This document shows, one piece after another, positions 1-10,229 of a stretch of 64,000 bases of DNA; the stretch's first letter is position 1; the number at the start of each line of letters is the position of its first letter. The notes beneath the pieces were generated by a model, which had not been told where the DNA came from, made no database searches, and saw nothing but the letters and a program-made list of their open reading frames with translations. A program made the position numbers and the translations under genes. The DNA is taken from the NCBI GenBank assembly GCA_013426185.1, contig CP058602.1, forward strand, positions 335,123 through 399,122, read 5' to 3'. The DNA comes from Candidatus Woesebacteria bacterium. GTDB taxonomy: Bacteria; Patescibacteriota; Microgenomatia; UBA8517.

Positions 1-107
1 AACAAGAGGTATATTTTTTTCCTCGTTTAGAGTGTTAATAACAACCGAAATCTTTTTCATAAAAAGAGATAGCTATATTTTATCAGTTTTGGAGTAAATA
101 AGCACAA

Positions 108-1847
108 TCAATTGACTTGATAGATAGAAACCTTAGAATTCGAAAAAATAAGCTTAAGGCCAAGGGCATCTTGAGAAAAAGGAAGTTTTTGATAATCTAC
201 CAGATAAATATACTTTATCTTATAATTTTTCAGAAGACTTATTGAGGAATCAAAAGCCTTTCCAATAAACCAATTCTCAACCTCACTTCTTCTGTCTTTC
301 CAGTTATAACCCATTATTTCCATATTATTTTCGTCTTCAAGAAAGGTTGTCTTGTTCGAAAAAGCAGAAACATAAGCAGTTGAATCATAGAGGTACAAAG
401 GTTTAGGACCCTCAAAACCACTTTTGTTCAAAGGATAAAATGGATAAGTCAACGTCACACCTTCTGGCAATTTCTTAAGAAAATTCAAGGCTTCTACCTC
501 TTCTTTGGGAAGAAAAGCAGGTGGCTGAGGAGTAAGGTATATATCCTTTAAAGAAATAATAGTTGTAGGGATAATCAGGATAATCAAAAAGGAAACAGAA
601 ACAAGCCTAAGAAATATACTCAAATGATGTTTTTCCACAATACCACCCACCCAGACCCCGGCAAGAATGCCCATAAAAAACAACGAATAATAGAAAAACT
701 GTATGGTATTCCAAGCTGTACCCTTCTGTAGAAACAAAGTTGGTAAAATTATTCCAGATAAAATAATACTAAAAGCAAAAACAACCCAAGGATCAAAAGA
801 CCCCCTTGACTTCAGCAGTTGTTTAATCTCTAAAAATCCAATTATTCTTGTACCAAGGTTGCCAATCAAAAAAACAAGAAAAGAAAAAGAATAGATCAAA
901 ATATATTTAAAAATAATCCCTCTAGTCTTGTAAGAAATCATTGCCTCAGCTAGCTTTGGTGAATAAAATCTATCACTTGCAGCAAACATAGATTCCAAAA
1001 ACCAAAATGGCTGAAAAACAAACATCCCAAAAGAAGGCTTACCTAACAACAAGAAATAAACCAAAATGTATAAGAAACTTGAGGCAAGAAAAACCTTGAA
1101 AAATAAGAAATCTCTCCTTTTTAAAATATTCCAAACAGCAAATAAAAGCAAACCAAAAAGAGAAAGTACCCCACCATAAGCCTTTACCCCAGACAAAAGG
1201 CCAAAAACAAATACACAAACCCAAAAGCGAGATGTGTTATATTCTTCATAAAGCTTGACCAGATTTAAAAGCCCAAAAAGGAGCAAAATTAAAGATAGAG
1301 CATAGGGGGGATTTATTAAGGTAGAAACAGCCTGCTGTGCCCAAAAAGCAGATTCTCCCTTACCAAACAAGTATCCAAACGACCCCCCAAAGTAAGTAAA
1401 AAACACTGCAAAAAAAGATTTAACAGAGGACTGGGTTACATAAAAGATAAGCTTATAAACTAAAAGACCTATTAACAAAGACATAACAGGGGGAAGAAGC
1501 TGAAAATATAATCTCAAGACAGAGATACCTGTAATTTTGTGTAAAATAGCAACCAAGAAGTCAAAACCTGGATGGTAATTCTGCAAAGAAAAACCTGCCA
1601 GAGTAGGCACAGAAAAGGATCCTCTTGCCAAAGAAGATGCCAACGCCAGATGCCAAATGCCATCGTGACCATTTGCACCCCAAAAGCCTATTCCCAAAGA
1701 ACAATCACGAGGAAAACACAAGCCACTTCGAACCATAGTCAAAGACCAAGTAACTGATCCAAGAACTATCAGAGACAAGATAAGCTTATTTTCCCCTACC
1801 AAAAAATACTTTAAAACTTTTTTTAACATCTTCTTTAAAAACTTCAC
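108..1847 (-). CDS. Polytopic membrane protein with C-terminal extracytoplasmic domain; possible GT-C-type glycosyltransferase
   Basis: 579-aa ORF, about 400 aa of multi-TM helices then a soluble C-terminal domain. Resembles neighbouring GT-C-like proteins in architecture only. Start overlaps the next gene by 62 nt; an internal start is possible. Confidence 0.45.
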   Translation of the reverse strand: MKFLKKMLKKVLKYFLVGENKLILSLIVLGSVTWSLTMVRSGLCFPRDCSLGIGFWGANGHDGIWHLALASSLARGSFSVPTLAGFSLQNYHPGFDFLVAILHKITGISVLRLYFQLLPPVMSLLIGLLVYKLIFYVTQSSVKSFFAVFFTYFGGSFGYLFGKGESAFWAQQAVSTLINPPYALSLILLLFGLLNLVKLYEEYNTSRFWVCVFVFGLLSGVKAYGGVLSLFGLLLFAVWNILKRRDFLFFKVFLASSFLYILVYFLLLGKPSFGMFVFQPFWFLESMFAASDRFYSPKLAEAMISYKTRGIIFKYILIYSFSFLVFLIGNLGTRIIGFLEIKQLLKSRGSFDPWVVFAFSIILSGIILPTLFLQKGTAWNTIQFFYYSLFFMGILAGVWVGGIVEKHHLSIFLRLVSVSFLIILIIPTTIISLKDIYLTPQPPAFLPKEEVEALNFLKKLPEGVTLTYPFYPLNKSGFEGPKPLYLYDSTAYVSAFSNKTTFLEDENNMEIMGYNWKDRRSEVENWFIGKAFDSSISLLKNYKIKYIYLVDYQKLPFSQDALGLKLIFSNSKVSIYQVN

Positions 1848-3276
1848 CCACCAAAAGATAAATCAAGACAAGATAAGAAAAGGCACCTACTAAAATTAAA
1901 AGTATTAAGGATTTTACATTCAAAGGCAAATTAATCCTTAAGAAGACAACAAGAAAAAACATAACAAGCGAAGAAAGAAGGGGTTTTAAAAAAGAGCGAG
2001 AGAAGGAAAAAGGCAAGAATCTTCTAACTATAATTATAGCAACAACAGAGCTTGCTCCCAAAAGTAAATAACCAAAAGCAGCACCATTAACTCCAAATCT
2101 ATAAGCCAAAAAAGGAATCAAGAGCCAAGATAAGATAGTCCACATCACCATTAATTTAAAGGTTGTTTTGATTCTACCTGTCGCGTTTAAAAGATTCGTC
2201 AATTGCGTACTTACCGCTGCAAAGACCGTATTACCACCTATTAAATAAAGCGGTATTAAAGCCGGCTGCCACTTGATGTATTTAGGAATAATTTCAACCA
2301 GAAGCGGAGCAAGAGCAAGTAGCCCAAAAAGAGAAGGAAAAACCAAAAGAGAAATGAAAAATAAAGATCTTTCAAGCGATGAGCGCAACTGGTCTTTTTC
2401 ATACTGCATCCGGGAAAAAGCAGGAAAAGTAACTTTAATTACCTGGTCCATAAAAAATCTCAAAGGCGCTTGTCCCCATTTTTGTGCCCATCCCAAAAAG
2501 CCAAGCCCCGCCCCTCCCAAAATTCCTCCTAAAACCGCGGTCAAGCCATCATCTTTAACCGTCGCAAGCAAGGTGTTAACCTGATAAGGTAAGCCAAATT
2601 TAATCAAATGAGAAAAAGAAGACCTGGCAAAAAGAATCTTGGGTTTCCAAGGCCGAAGTAGGTACATAGCAACAAGGCCTACCAATCCCCTTGCCAAAAC
2701 ACTATAAGTGAAACTTCTTAAACCAAATCCACGCCAGGCAAGAAATACGGCTAAGATGTTGTAGGTCAAATTTTCCAAGATCTGTGGAAGGACCAGTTTT
2801 CCAAATTCAAGCTCACGCTCGAGCAAGACTGAAGGAATCGTCTTTAAAGAGGACAAAAAAAGGCTTATACCAAGAGAGTAAAGCAAAAGTTTACCCTCAA
2901 AATCAAGATTATAGATTTTGACAAAAATTGGCGTGGCAAAAAAAAGCACAATAAGAATGACAAAAACCAAAAGCTCTTGAACCAAAAATGTGGTAGACAA
3001 ATCTTCTTCTATAACCTTCTCTTTTTTCTGAATCAGAGCTGCAGCAAGACCAATATCGCTAAAATAAGCTAAAAAATTAACTACAGCTGAAACCATCCAA
3101 AATATTCCAAATTGAGAAGGATCAAGAAAGACAGTTAAAAGCCCTGTTGCCAAAAAAGATAAAATACTCAAAAAAAATGTCCTCCCTGTCAAAACAACCA
3201 CGCCTTTAACCGCTCTTTTTTTGACAACTTCAAGATCAATTTCCGGACTGGTGTTTAAATTCTCATCAATTGACAC
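1786..3276 (-). CDS. Wzx-like polysaccharide/oligosaccharide flippase (MOP/MATE superfamily polysaccharide biosynthesis protein)
   Basis: 496 aa, about 12-14 TM segments, typical Wzx-style N-terminus (KGVVVLTGRTFFLSILSFLATGLLTVFLDPSQFGIFWMVSAVVNF...AAALIQKK). Confidence 0.7.
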   Translation of the reverse strand: MSIDENLNTSPEIDLEVVKKRAVKGVVVLTGRTFFLSILSFLATGLLTVFLDPSQFGIFWMVSAVVNFLAYFSDIGLAAALIQKKEKVIEEDLSTTFLVQELLVFVILIVLFFATPIFVKIYNLDFEGKLLLYSLGISLFLSSLKTIPSVLLERELEFGKLVLPQILENLTYNILAVFLAWRGFGLRSFTYSVLARGLVGLVAMYLLRPWKPKILFARSSFSHLIKFGLPYQVNTLLATVKDDGLTAVLGGILGGAGLGFLGWAQKWGQAPLRFFMDQVIKVTFPAFSRMQYEKDQLRSSLERSLFFISLLVFPSLFGLLALAPLLVEIIPKYIKWQPALIPLYLIGGNTVFAAVSTQLTNLLNATGRIKTTFKLMVMWTILSWLLIPFLAYRFGVNGAAFGYLLLGASSVVAIIIVRRFLPFSFSRSFLKPLLSSLVMFFLVVFLRINLPLNVKSLILLILVGAFSYLVLIYLLVGEVFKEDVKKSFKVFFGRGK

Positions 3277-3307
3277 ACTTTGATTTTAGCAGAAAATAAT
3301 CTAAAGG

Positions 3308-4831
3308 CTAATCCACCTTATAGAAAAGAAGCTTTTCAAAACTCCCATCTTTTTTCTTTGCCTTCGGATATTCGGCCAATCTTTGAAGATGCGAAAAATC
3401 ACTTATTTTGCTTCTTGAACTATTAACCACAAAAAATGTCAAAACACCGTTCTTTGAAGACTCTATTAACCCTGAAGGCACCTCTTTGAAATCAAGCCCC
3501 ATACCGGCTACTTTGATATTTGGATAAGAATTAAGATAAATCTGTAAACCATCAGGAAGTGTGCCAAAATAACCTTCAGTTCCAACCAAAATCTCCTGCC
3601 CATTCTTTTCTTTTGACAGTGTCACTAAATAATTAGCAACTTCTTTTATTCCATATCCCGCAGTCCACTCTTCAAGATATCCAGAACGCTCATTTTTAGG
3701 CAAAAAAGCCGATTCTTTCCTAAACGCAAAGCTTACATTTTGAAAAATAGAAAAGGTAACAAAACCTAATAAAAACAACCAAGTCAAAACTTTTAATTTT
3801 CTTGAGAAGAAAGAAAGAGAAGAGATAAGAACAAAATAAGGCAAGATAAAAAGAATGTATCTGGCAGTAAAGACCTTCGCGTACTCAGCTTGGATTAAAA
3901 GTGGAAGCAAAAAGAGTATAAGTAAGAACAAGGTTTGCTTTTTAAAATAAATAAATCCTTGCCAAACACCAATAACAAAGAGAATGATTAAAAATAATGA
4001 ATTAAAATAAAAGAACCATAGGAAAATATCTTTCAAATGACCAAAAAATGGATTAAAAGGATCTTCTAAAATATGCGAGAGGGAAAAGACATAATCATAG
4101 TTACGGGAAGATAAAAGATGGAAATTAGGGCCAAGACGAAGGATGTTATAAATTCCGTAGGCGATAATATAAGTTAAAAAAAGCAAAAAAAACGAATTTA
4201 AAATTTGCTTTTTTACTTCTCTTTTCTGCCAATCTTGCAAAAGCAAGACCGAAGGTAAGAAAAGAACAAAAAACAATGCCGGCGATTTGGTAATTAAGGC
4301 TGCGCCAAGAGAAAATCCCGAAAAAACAGCAAGATCTGTTCTTTTATATTTAAGCGACAAGAAAGAAAGCAAAAAAGCCCAAAGACCAAACATAGAAAGC
4401 ATACTGTCAACCAAAGCCATCCTCTCAAAGAAAACTGCAAAAGGAGAAAAAGCATATAAGAAAAGAGAGAAAATAGTTATTCTTTTATCCTTGAAAAGAA
4501 AAAGAGAAAAAATCATAATTCCAAACATTGTTAAAAGTCCGCAAAGAAGGGATAAAAACCTTCCAGCAAAAAGAGGGTCTGTAAATAATTTCAAAAATGG
4601 AATCATTACCCACATAAAAAGAGGTTGTTTTCCATCTGAAAGAGGCAAAAAACGAAGAGTTTCCTCCGCTCTCATCACCTGAGCCCACCGAATATAAATT
4701 GCCTCATCAGCAAAAATTGGCCATGAAGTAAGGTTAACAATTCTAAAAACAAAACCGACAAGAAATAAAATAAAGGACAAAAAAAGAAAATTCTTGTCCT
4801 TTATGACTTCTCTTTGCAAAAAGGATCTCAT
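3308..4831 (-). CDS. GT-C family membrane glycosyltransferase (ArnT/PMT, GT39/GT83-like)
   Basis: 507 aa, polytopic. First extracytoplasmic loop motif FADEAIYIRWAQ (acidic DE motif of GT-C). C-terminal domain homologous to ORF 45687..47156 (EEWTAGYGIKEVANYL...EYPKAKKKD vs EDWTAGYGIKEIASFL...EYPKAKSLD). Confidence 0.7.
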   Translation of the reverse strand: MRSFLQREVIKDKNFLFLSFILFLVGFVFRIVNLTSWPIFADEAIYIRWAQVMRAEETLRFLPLSDGKQPLFMWVMIPFLKLFTDPLFAGRFLSLLCGLLTMFGIMIFSLFLFKDKRITIFSLFLYAFSPFAVFFERMALVDSMLSMFGLWAFLLSFLSLKYKRTDLAVFSGFSLGAALITKSPALFFVLFLPSVLLLQDWQKREVKKQILNSFFLLFLTYIIAYGIYNILRLGPNFHLLSSRNYDYVFSLSHILEDPFNPFFGHLKDIFLWFFYFNSLFLIILFVIGVWQGFIYFKKQTLFLLILFLLPLLIQAEYAKVFTARYILFILPYFVLISSLSFFSRKLKVLTWLFLLGFVTFSIFQNVSFAFRKESAFLPKNERSGYLEEWTAGYGIKEVANYLVTLSKEKNGQEILVGTEGYFGTLPDGLQIYLNSYPNIKVAGMGLDFKEVPSGLIESSKNGVLTFFVVNSSRSKISDFSHLQRLAEYPKAKKKDGSFEKLLFYKVD

Positions 4832-4834
4832 AAA

Positions 4835-5599
4835 CTAGTCATACAGTCCTTTTAAATCATTAAGCTTAACTCTCAAGATCTGAAACAACATTTCCTTTGA
4901 TTCTTTAAAATACTTGGCTAAAGGCGATCCTTTGGTCTTACTTTTATCCCTATCATTCCATAAAACAGGAACTTCAACTATGCGACCACCAGCTTTTTTA
5001 ATAAGATGGAGAAGTTCAACATCATAAGAAGTAACAATCCAACCCTTTTTACTCTTCTTGTCTTTGAAAAACTCAAGTTTGGGGAAAACTTTTTTCAAAA
5101 GAGAGCTTTCAAAGAGTTTGAAACCACATTGAGTATCTACTATTTCAGGCAAAATAAGCATTCTCCTAAAAGCCATAAAAATAAAGGCTCCGATCTTCCG
5201 ATAAATTGGAAAATCTTTTCTAACCACCCCTCTTGAACCAATTATTGCTTCAACTTTGTCTTTTGTATAAGGCAAGAGCTTTTTCAGCTCAGCAATGGGA
5301 GTCGACTGATCCATGTCAGTAAAAAGTATGTATTCTCCCTTTGCTTTTTTAATCCCTCCAAGAAGAGCATGCGGTTTCCCTCCGTGAGAATTTTCTACTA
5401 AGATAAAATTCTTAAACTTTTTTATCTTTTCCTTTATTAGCTCCCTGCTATTATCAGAGCTGCCGTCATCTGAAACTAGAACTTCCCAGCTAAATCCCTG
5501 CCTCTTTAAAAAATCATAAACCTCTTCAAGCACACCTCTTTTTATATTTTCAGCTTCGTTATAACAAGGAATTATTACTGAAAGAAATACTCTTTCCAT
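4835..5599 (-). CDS. GT2 family glycosyltransferase, polyprenol-phosphate sugar synthase type (DPM1/GtrB/ArnC-like)
   Basis: N-terminal VIIPCYNEAENI...LVSDDGSSDNS motif typical of GT2 Dpm1-like enzymes. 254 aa. Confidence 0.8.
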   Translation of the reverse strand: MERVFLSVIIPCYNEAENIKRGVLEEVYDFLKRQGFSWEVLVSDDGSSDNSRELIKEKIKKFKNFILVENSHGGKPHALLGGIKKAKGEYILFTDMDQSTPIAELKKLLPYTKDKVEAIIGSRGVVRKDFPIYRKIGAFIFMAFRRMLILPEIVDTQCGFKLFESSLLKKVFPKLEFFKDKKSKKGWIVTSYDVELLHLIKKAGGRIVEVPVLWNDRDKSKTKGSPLAKYFKESKEMLFQILRVKLNDLKGLYD

Positions 5600-5629
5600 T
5601 TCCTCTATATTACCAAATTAAGCCCCAAA

Positions 5630-8600
5630 CTACCAACCAAAATCAAGAGGATTAAAACAAAGAGAATAAGCCTTTATATTGATCGGGCAATTCTGCCTTG
5701 AAGGACTGACAATCTGAATTAAAGGGGAGCCATCCTTCTTGTTGTAACCAATATTATTAAAACTAAGAAGATAATAAAAACCAGCGTCTTTTCCTTCAGC
5801 TATATCAAGGGAGATATCGTAATTTCTATTTTCAAAAACAGCTTTAAGAGAAGAGATAACTTTCTCTTTATAAAAAATACTCTCATTATCGGAATTGTAA
5901 AGAGGAAGACTAAATTTTAAAAGCAAGATTAAAATAGCCAAAAAGACAGGTATTATTCTTAATTTAAAAGTAGAGAAAAATCTATCAAACCAAAAAGAAA
6001 AAAGCAAAACAAAAATAGGCAAAGAAAAATTAAAATAATATTCCGAGGGCCTAAAATGATAAACAAACAAAAAGACGAAAAGAGATAAAACCAAAATTGA
6101 AAAAAGAATAAAAAGAATGTCCTTCTTAAGATTATCTTTCTCATAAAAATAAAACTTAAAAGAAACAAAAAGAACCAAAAGATAAAAAACAAAAGAAACA
6201 GTTTTCGAAAAGCCAAAACCAAAAACTATAGAAAGAAAATTTTGCCAGACTTCAATCAAGCCACCCTCCTGAATAGCAGAATTGCCAAAATTAAGGATTA
6301 AATTGAGGTTCAAAAAGTTATGCCTTACATCAAAAATAAAAATCGGAGAGAAAACAAGAATAAAAGAGAGAAAAAGCAAAAGCATTTTTTTAGACAAACA
6401 ATTTTTACCACCTCTAAATAAAGCTAAAACTATAAAGGGCAAATAAAAAGTTGACTCTATATGAAAAGAAATTCCCAAAAAATATATTAAGGACAAAAAG
6501 AAAAAAATAATTAGTTTTCTTGTCTTGAAATAAAGGTGATAAAGAAAAAGAAGAAGGAAAAAAATTAAAGGAACAAGAAGCGGGTTCCAAGGAACACGGT
6601 CAATTGCTATTGCGCCCGGCAAGAACGACCAAACCAAAATAAACCAAAAAGGAACTTTATTGTCAAAAATTTTTGATAAAGAAATCATGGAAATCACAAA
6701 AAATAAAACCCAGTAGAAAAACAAAAAGGCAACTAAAGAAGGAAGTGAATTAAGCTTAAATAAAAAATAAAAAGGAGAAAGAAGATAGAAAAAATAAGGA
6801 GGTAGGAAAAAACCATCTCGCCCCACAACACGAGGACCTATTAAAGTTAATTTGCCTCCTATGATATCTCGAACAAAAAAAGCATCACGCTCCTGATCCC
6901 AACCAAAAAGAAGGCGGGTATCTAGATTGTAAGATCTCAAAAACAGAAAAACTAATAAAAAGAGAGAAATAAAAACAATCTTCTTGTTCGTGTAAGAAGC
7001 AAGTATGATAAAAAACCAAAGAACAAAAAACGACAAACTTAGAAGATTAAAAAACTTTTGAATAGGAGTTTGAACTATTCGCCAAGAAATCAGATTATAG
7101 TCACGAAATTCGCTTGCATCAATACAAACACGACCGTTACAATTTTTATAAGGCACTTTATCTTTCCCGTTAATATTAAATTCGTAAGCTAAAGGAAAAT
7201 ATTCCAGAGCAAAAATAACATCATCTTTCATATTCTTATTAAGAGTTAATTTAACCGTCCCGGAAGTAGAGTTCCGGCTGACCAAATCAAAATTAGAGAA
7301 TGATCCACTTACAAACTTCTCACCTAAATTACAGAGTGATTTTGACCCGTTACTCGAGATTTCGTCAGCGATAGTCGTGGTACCTACAAAGTTAGGATAC
7401 GAAAAATCCTCAAACCACAATTTCCTATCTTGATTAATATTCAACACTCGTAAATGATTGCGATTACCAACAACGCCAAGAAAAACTAGTAAAAATGCAA
7501 GAAGTAAGTAAACTCTCTTCTTCTCTCTTAAGCTAGACAAAGTATAAACAGATAAACTTGAAACAAGAAAAACAGAGACACCCAAAATTCTCCATGGATA
7601 TTGAACTTCTTGCAAAACTTTAATTTCTTCCCAAACAAAACCTGAATAAGGAAGAAGTAGGAATAAAGATAGAATCGATAAAGAAAAATAAAAAAATAAC
7701 CAAAAGTGGTTATACCAAAAAGAAGAATATCTCTTATTCCGCTTTTTGAAAAGATAAAAAATTAAAAAAAGAGAAGCAAAAAGAACAAGCCATTGGGAAT
7801 AACCCAACATAAAGGACATTCCGTCGTTATTACCTTTCACCGAGAAAAAATATCCCCAAGGCGAACGAAAGATTTGAAATAAACTTGGAAAATGATCCCT
7901 ATAATCAACAATATTTGAAACCCCTAGCCTAACATAAGACCTTTCTAGTAAAGCTGGACCAACAAAAAAAGAGGATAAACCAAGCATGCTCAAAAAGGAA
8001 AAGCTTAAGGCAACAAAGTCTTTTTTACCAGAATTCCTCACTTTCAGAAGAGATGCGAAAGAAACCAGAACAAGAAGAGGAAAAACAAGCATTACCACAA
8101 TATTGTGAGACAGGATAAATAAGGAACCAAAAATAGTAAAAGCAAATAAATATAACAACTTTTTCTTAGATGATTTTTCCTTCAGAAAACAAGAGAGAAA
8201 AAAAAGAACAACAGGAAAAATAGCGTAGGACAAAAATTCAAGGGATCCTCTGACAAAAACCAAAAGAAAACGATAAGGAGCAAAAAGATAAAGAAAAGAA
8301 CCAACAAAAGAAGACAATTTATCTTGCGTTACATTTTTTGCCCAAAGATAAAAAAACCAAGAACCCGAAAAAAGAGAGAAAAAGATCAAAATCTTCCAGC
8401 TTAAAAAAATGTCATCCAAAAGAAAATATAAAAGAGCAAGTAGATAATAACCAAGAGGGTAAAAAAAATTAAAAATAGGTACGCCGCAACCATTATTTAA
8501 ACCAGAAGCCCATCTTAAGGGAAAATGACCAGATTTAAGCATCTGAAAAGCTTCAAGTCCGCGAGCGAGATTGTAGTCAAGATCATGCGCATAAAAGTAA

Positions 8601-8707
8601 TTTGAGGCAAAAAGAAAACGGCAGGTAAAAAGAGTCAAGAAAAACAAAACAAGAAACACCCAAAAATCCTTATTTTTCCTTAAAAACAAAGAAAGATTAT
8701 TCAGCAT
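5630..8707 (-). CDS. Large (1025 aa) polytopic membrane protein, possible GT-C/YfhO-like glycosyltransferase
   Basis: More than 20 predicted TM helices plus a large internal soluble domain. N-terminal loop YAHDLDYNLARGLEAF...HFPLRW is acidic, as in GT-C catalytic loops. Overlaps the upstream gene by 11 nt (operon). Confidence 0.45.
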   Translation of the reverse strand: MLNNLSLFLRKNKDFWVFLVLFFLTLFTCRFLFASNYFYAHDLDYNLARGLEAFQMLKSGHFPLRWASGLNNGCGVPIFNFFYPLGYYLLALLYFLLDDIFLSWKILIFFSLFSGSWFFYLWAKNVTQDKLSSFVGSFLYLFAPYRFLLVFVRGSLEFLSYAIFPVVLFFLSCFLKEKSSKKKLLYLFAFTIFGSLFILSHNIVVMLVFPLLVLVSFASLLKVRNSGKKDFVALSFSFLSMLGLSSFFVGPALLERSYVRLGVSNIVDYRDHFPSLFQIFRSPWGYFFSVKGNNDGMSFMLGYSQWLVLFASLFLIFYLFKKRNKRYSSFWYNHFWLFFYFSLSILSLFLLLPYSGFVWEEIKVLQEVQYPWRILGVSVFLVSSLSVYTLSSLREKKRVYLLLAFLLVFLGVVGNRNHLRVLNINQDRKLWFEDFSYPNFVGTTTIADEISSNGSKSLCNLGEKFVSGSFSNFDLVSRNSTSGTVKLTLNKNMKDDVIFALEYFPLAYEFNINGKDKVPYKNCNGRVCIDASEFRDYNLISWRIVQTPIQKFFNLLSLSFFVLWFFIILASYTNKKIVFISLFLLVFLFLRSYNLDTRLLFGWDQERDAFFVRDIIGGKLTLIGPRVVGRDGFFLPPYFFYLLSPFYFLFKLNSLPSLVAFLFFYWVLFFVISMISLSKIFDNKVPFWFILVWSFLPGAIAIDRVPWNPLLVPLIFFLLLFLYHLYFKTRKLIIFFFLSLIYFLGISFHIESTFYLPFIVLALFRGGKNCLSKKMLLLFLSFILVFSPIFIFDVRHNFLNLNLILNFGNSAIQEGGLIEVWQNFLSIVFGFGFSKTVSFVFYLLVLFVSFKFYFYEKDNLKKDILFILFSILVLSLFVFLFVYHFRPSEYYFNFSLPIFVLLFSFWFDRFFSTFKLRIIPVFLAILILLLKFSLPLYNSDNESIFYKEKVISSLKAVFENRNYDISLDIAEGKDAGFYYLLSFNNIGYNKKDGSPLIQIVSPSRQNCPINIKAYSLCFNPLDFGW

Positions 8708-10226
8708 ACGAAATACGCAGTCTCCTTTCTACTTTAATATCAAAAACACAAAACTCTTTTTCAATTCTTCCTATTTTATCTTGCCGCGCCATCCATTTTT
8801 CCAACCGTTCAGGATGAGCGCTATCCTTTTCGCTTAAAGTGTAAAGTAAATTAACCTGACTTTCTTTAGGTAAATAACCATATTTTTGAAAACCGTACCA
8901 TTTAAAAAGGTAGTCATAAGCATAAGAAATAACAGGAGGTACATAAACATCAACATTAAAGTCTCTACCTTTTGCATCTTGATACACCCAATCAATCGCC
9001 TTTAACTGATCCTCAAGAGTAATCGGATTATATTTTCTGAAGTCGTAAATAAAATATCTTGAAAGTAAATAAAAATTGCGACCCAGAAAAATTAAAATAA
9101 ATAAGACTATAATCAAATAACCTCTTTTAAATTTCGAAAGTTGCAACAATAAAAAAGAGAAAAAGATGACAAAATATAAATAAAAGCCGGTAAAATAATA
9201 GCCATAAATTACACCTTTATCACCTCGAAGAAACAACATCCCCAAAAGAGGAACAACTATTGACATTAAAACTGTCAGAAAATATTTATTTTTCTTTATT
9301 TCTTTAAACTCAAAGAGAGCAAAAAGCAAAAGAAGAACAAAAAACAAAATAAACAAAAGGCTTTTTTCTCCCCAAACAACCTCTGAAAAAGTATCAAGAT
9401 AAAGGTAAACACGAGATTTCAAAACTACCCAGAAAGATAAGTCAAAAGAACGACTAGAACTTAAAAATTGCATCAAGCCTTTTCTTATTACTCCATTATG
9501 ACGCATATCAAAAATAATCTGAGGCAAAAATGTAAAGACATAAAAAGAGGAAAAAAATAATATATTTTTAAAATTAAGAATCTTTCTTGACCAAATAAAA
9601 GCAATCAAAAAGGCAATAAGAGGATAAAACATATCAGCCGCTCCACCAAAATGCATAGATATACCGGACAAAAACCCAGAAAGCCAAAAATATTTTTCTT
9701 TCTTTTCAATAATTCCAAAAAGAGACCATAAGAACAAAACGCTTGATAAATACATCAAAGTTGGATTTGAAAGCCAATGAGAAGAAAGTATCAAAGAAAA
9801 GGAAAAACCTGAAATTATAAGAGACAAAAAAGCCAAATATTTTCCACCGATTTTAAGACAGAGGAAATACAAGATTAAGATTGCGCTAACTACCGAAAAA
9901 GATAAAAACCAAGCCGGAAAAACAGGATTCCCCTTCCCTAACCAATAAAAAGGAATCAAAAGCCAAAGGTACCAAGGGCCACGAGGGACATCACCTACCC
10001 CCATAGTCGGGCCTATTGTTGGACCTATCAAAAAAAATTTTCCATCTTTTAGAAAATTCCAAATAATTAGAGCGTCTCTTCCCTGATCAAAATAAAAACC
10101 CAAAAAACGATGGAGATTTAAAACTCGAACTAAAAATGCAAGAGAAATTGCTACCAGAAGAAAGTACTTTGATCCAATAAAGTTCAAAAAGAAATCCACA
10201 AAAGTAATTCTTTTCTTTGTGCTCAT
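8697..10226 (-). CDS. GT-C family membrane glycosyltransferase (tandem paralogue 1)
   Basis: 509 aa polytopic. Loop motif FDQGRDALIIWNFL matching paralogue motif LGDEGRDALVVKRLL in 10230..11810. Confidence 0.6.
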   Translation of the reverse strand: MSTKKRITFVDFFLNFIGSKYFLLVAISLAFLVRVLNLHRFLGFYFDQGRDALIIWNFLKDGKFFLIGPTIGPTMGVGDVPRGPWYLWLLIPFYWLGKGNPVFPAWFLSFSVVSAILILYFLCLKIGGKYLAFLSLIISGFSFSLILSSHWLSNPTLMYLSSVLFLWSLFGIIEKKEKYFWLSGFLSGISMHFGGAADMFYPLIAFLIAFIWSRKILNFKNILFFSSFYVFTFLPQIIFDMRHNGVIRKGLMQFLSSSRSFDLSFWVVLKSRVYLYLDTFSEVVWGEKSLLFILFFVLLLLFALFEFKEIKKNKYFLTVLMSIVVPLLGMLFLRGDKGVIYGYYFTGFYLYFVIFFSFLLLQLSKFKRGYLIIVLFILIFLGRNFYLLSRYFIYDFRKYNPITLEDQLKAIDWVYQDAKGRDFNVDVYVPPVISYAYDYLFKWYGFQKYGYLPKESQVNLLYTLSEKDSAHPERLEKWMARQDKIGRIEKEFCVFDIKVERRLRISYAE

Positions 10227-10229
10227 AAT

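Noticed and set aside
703-894. Numerous 60-130-aa ORFs nested inside or antisense to larger genes (e.g. 703..894, 1039..1224, 2273..2584, 4287..4682, 5959..6222, 11261..11452, 22293..22619, 29409..29678, 49984..50295)
   Set aside because: All lie within longer, homology-supported ORFs on the other strand or frame. They have low-complexity translations and no SD. Treated as spurious.
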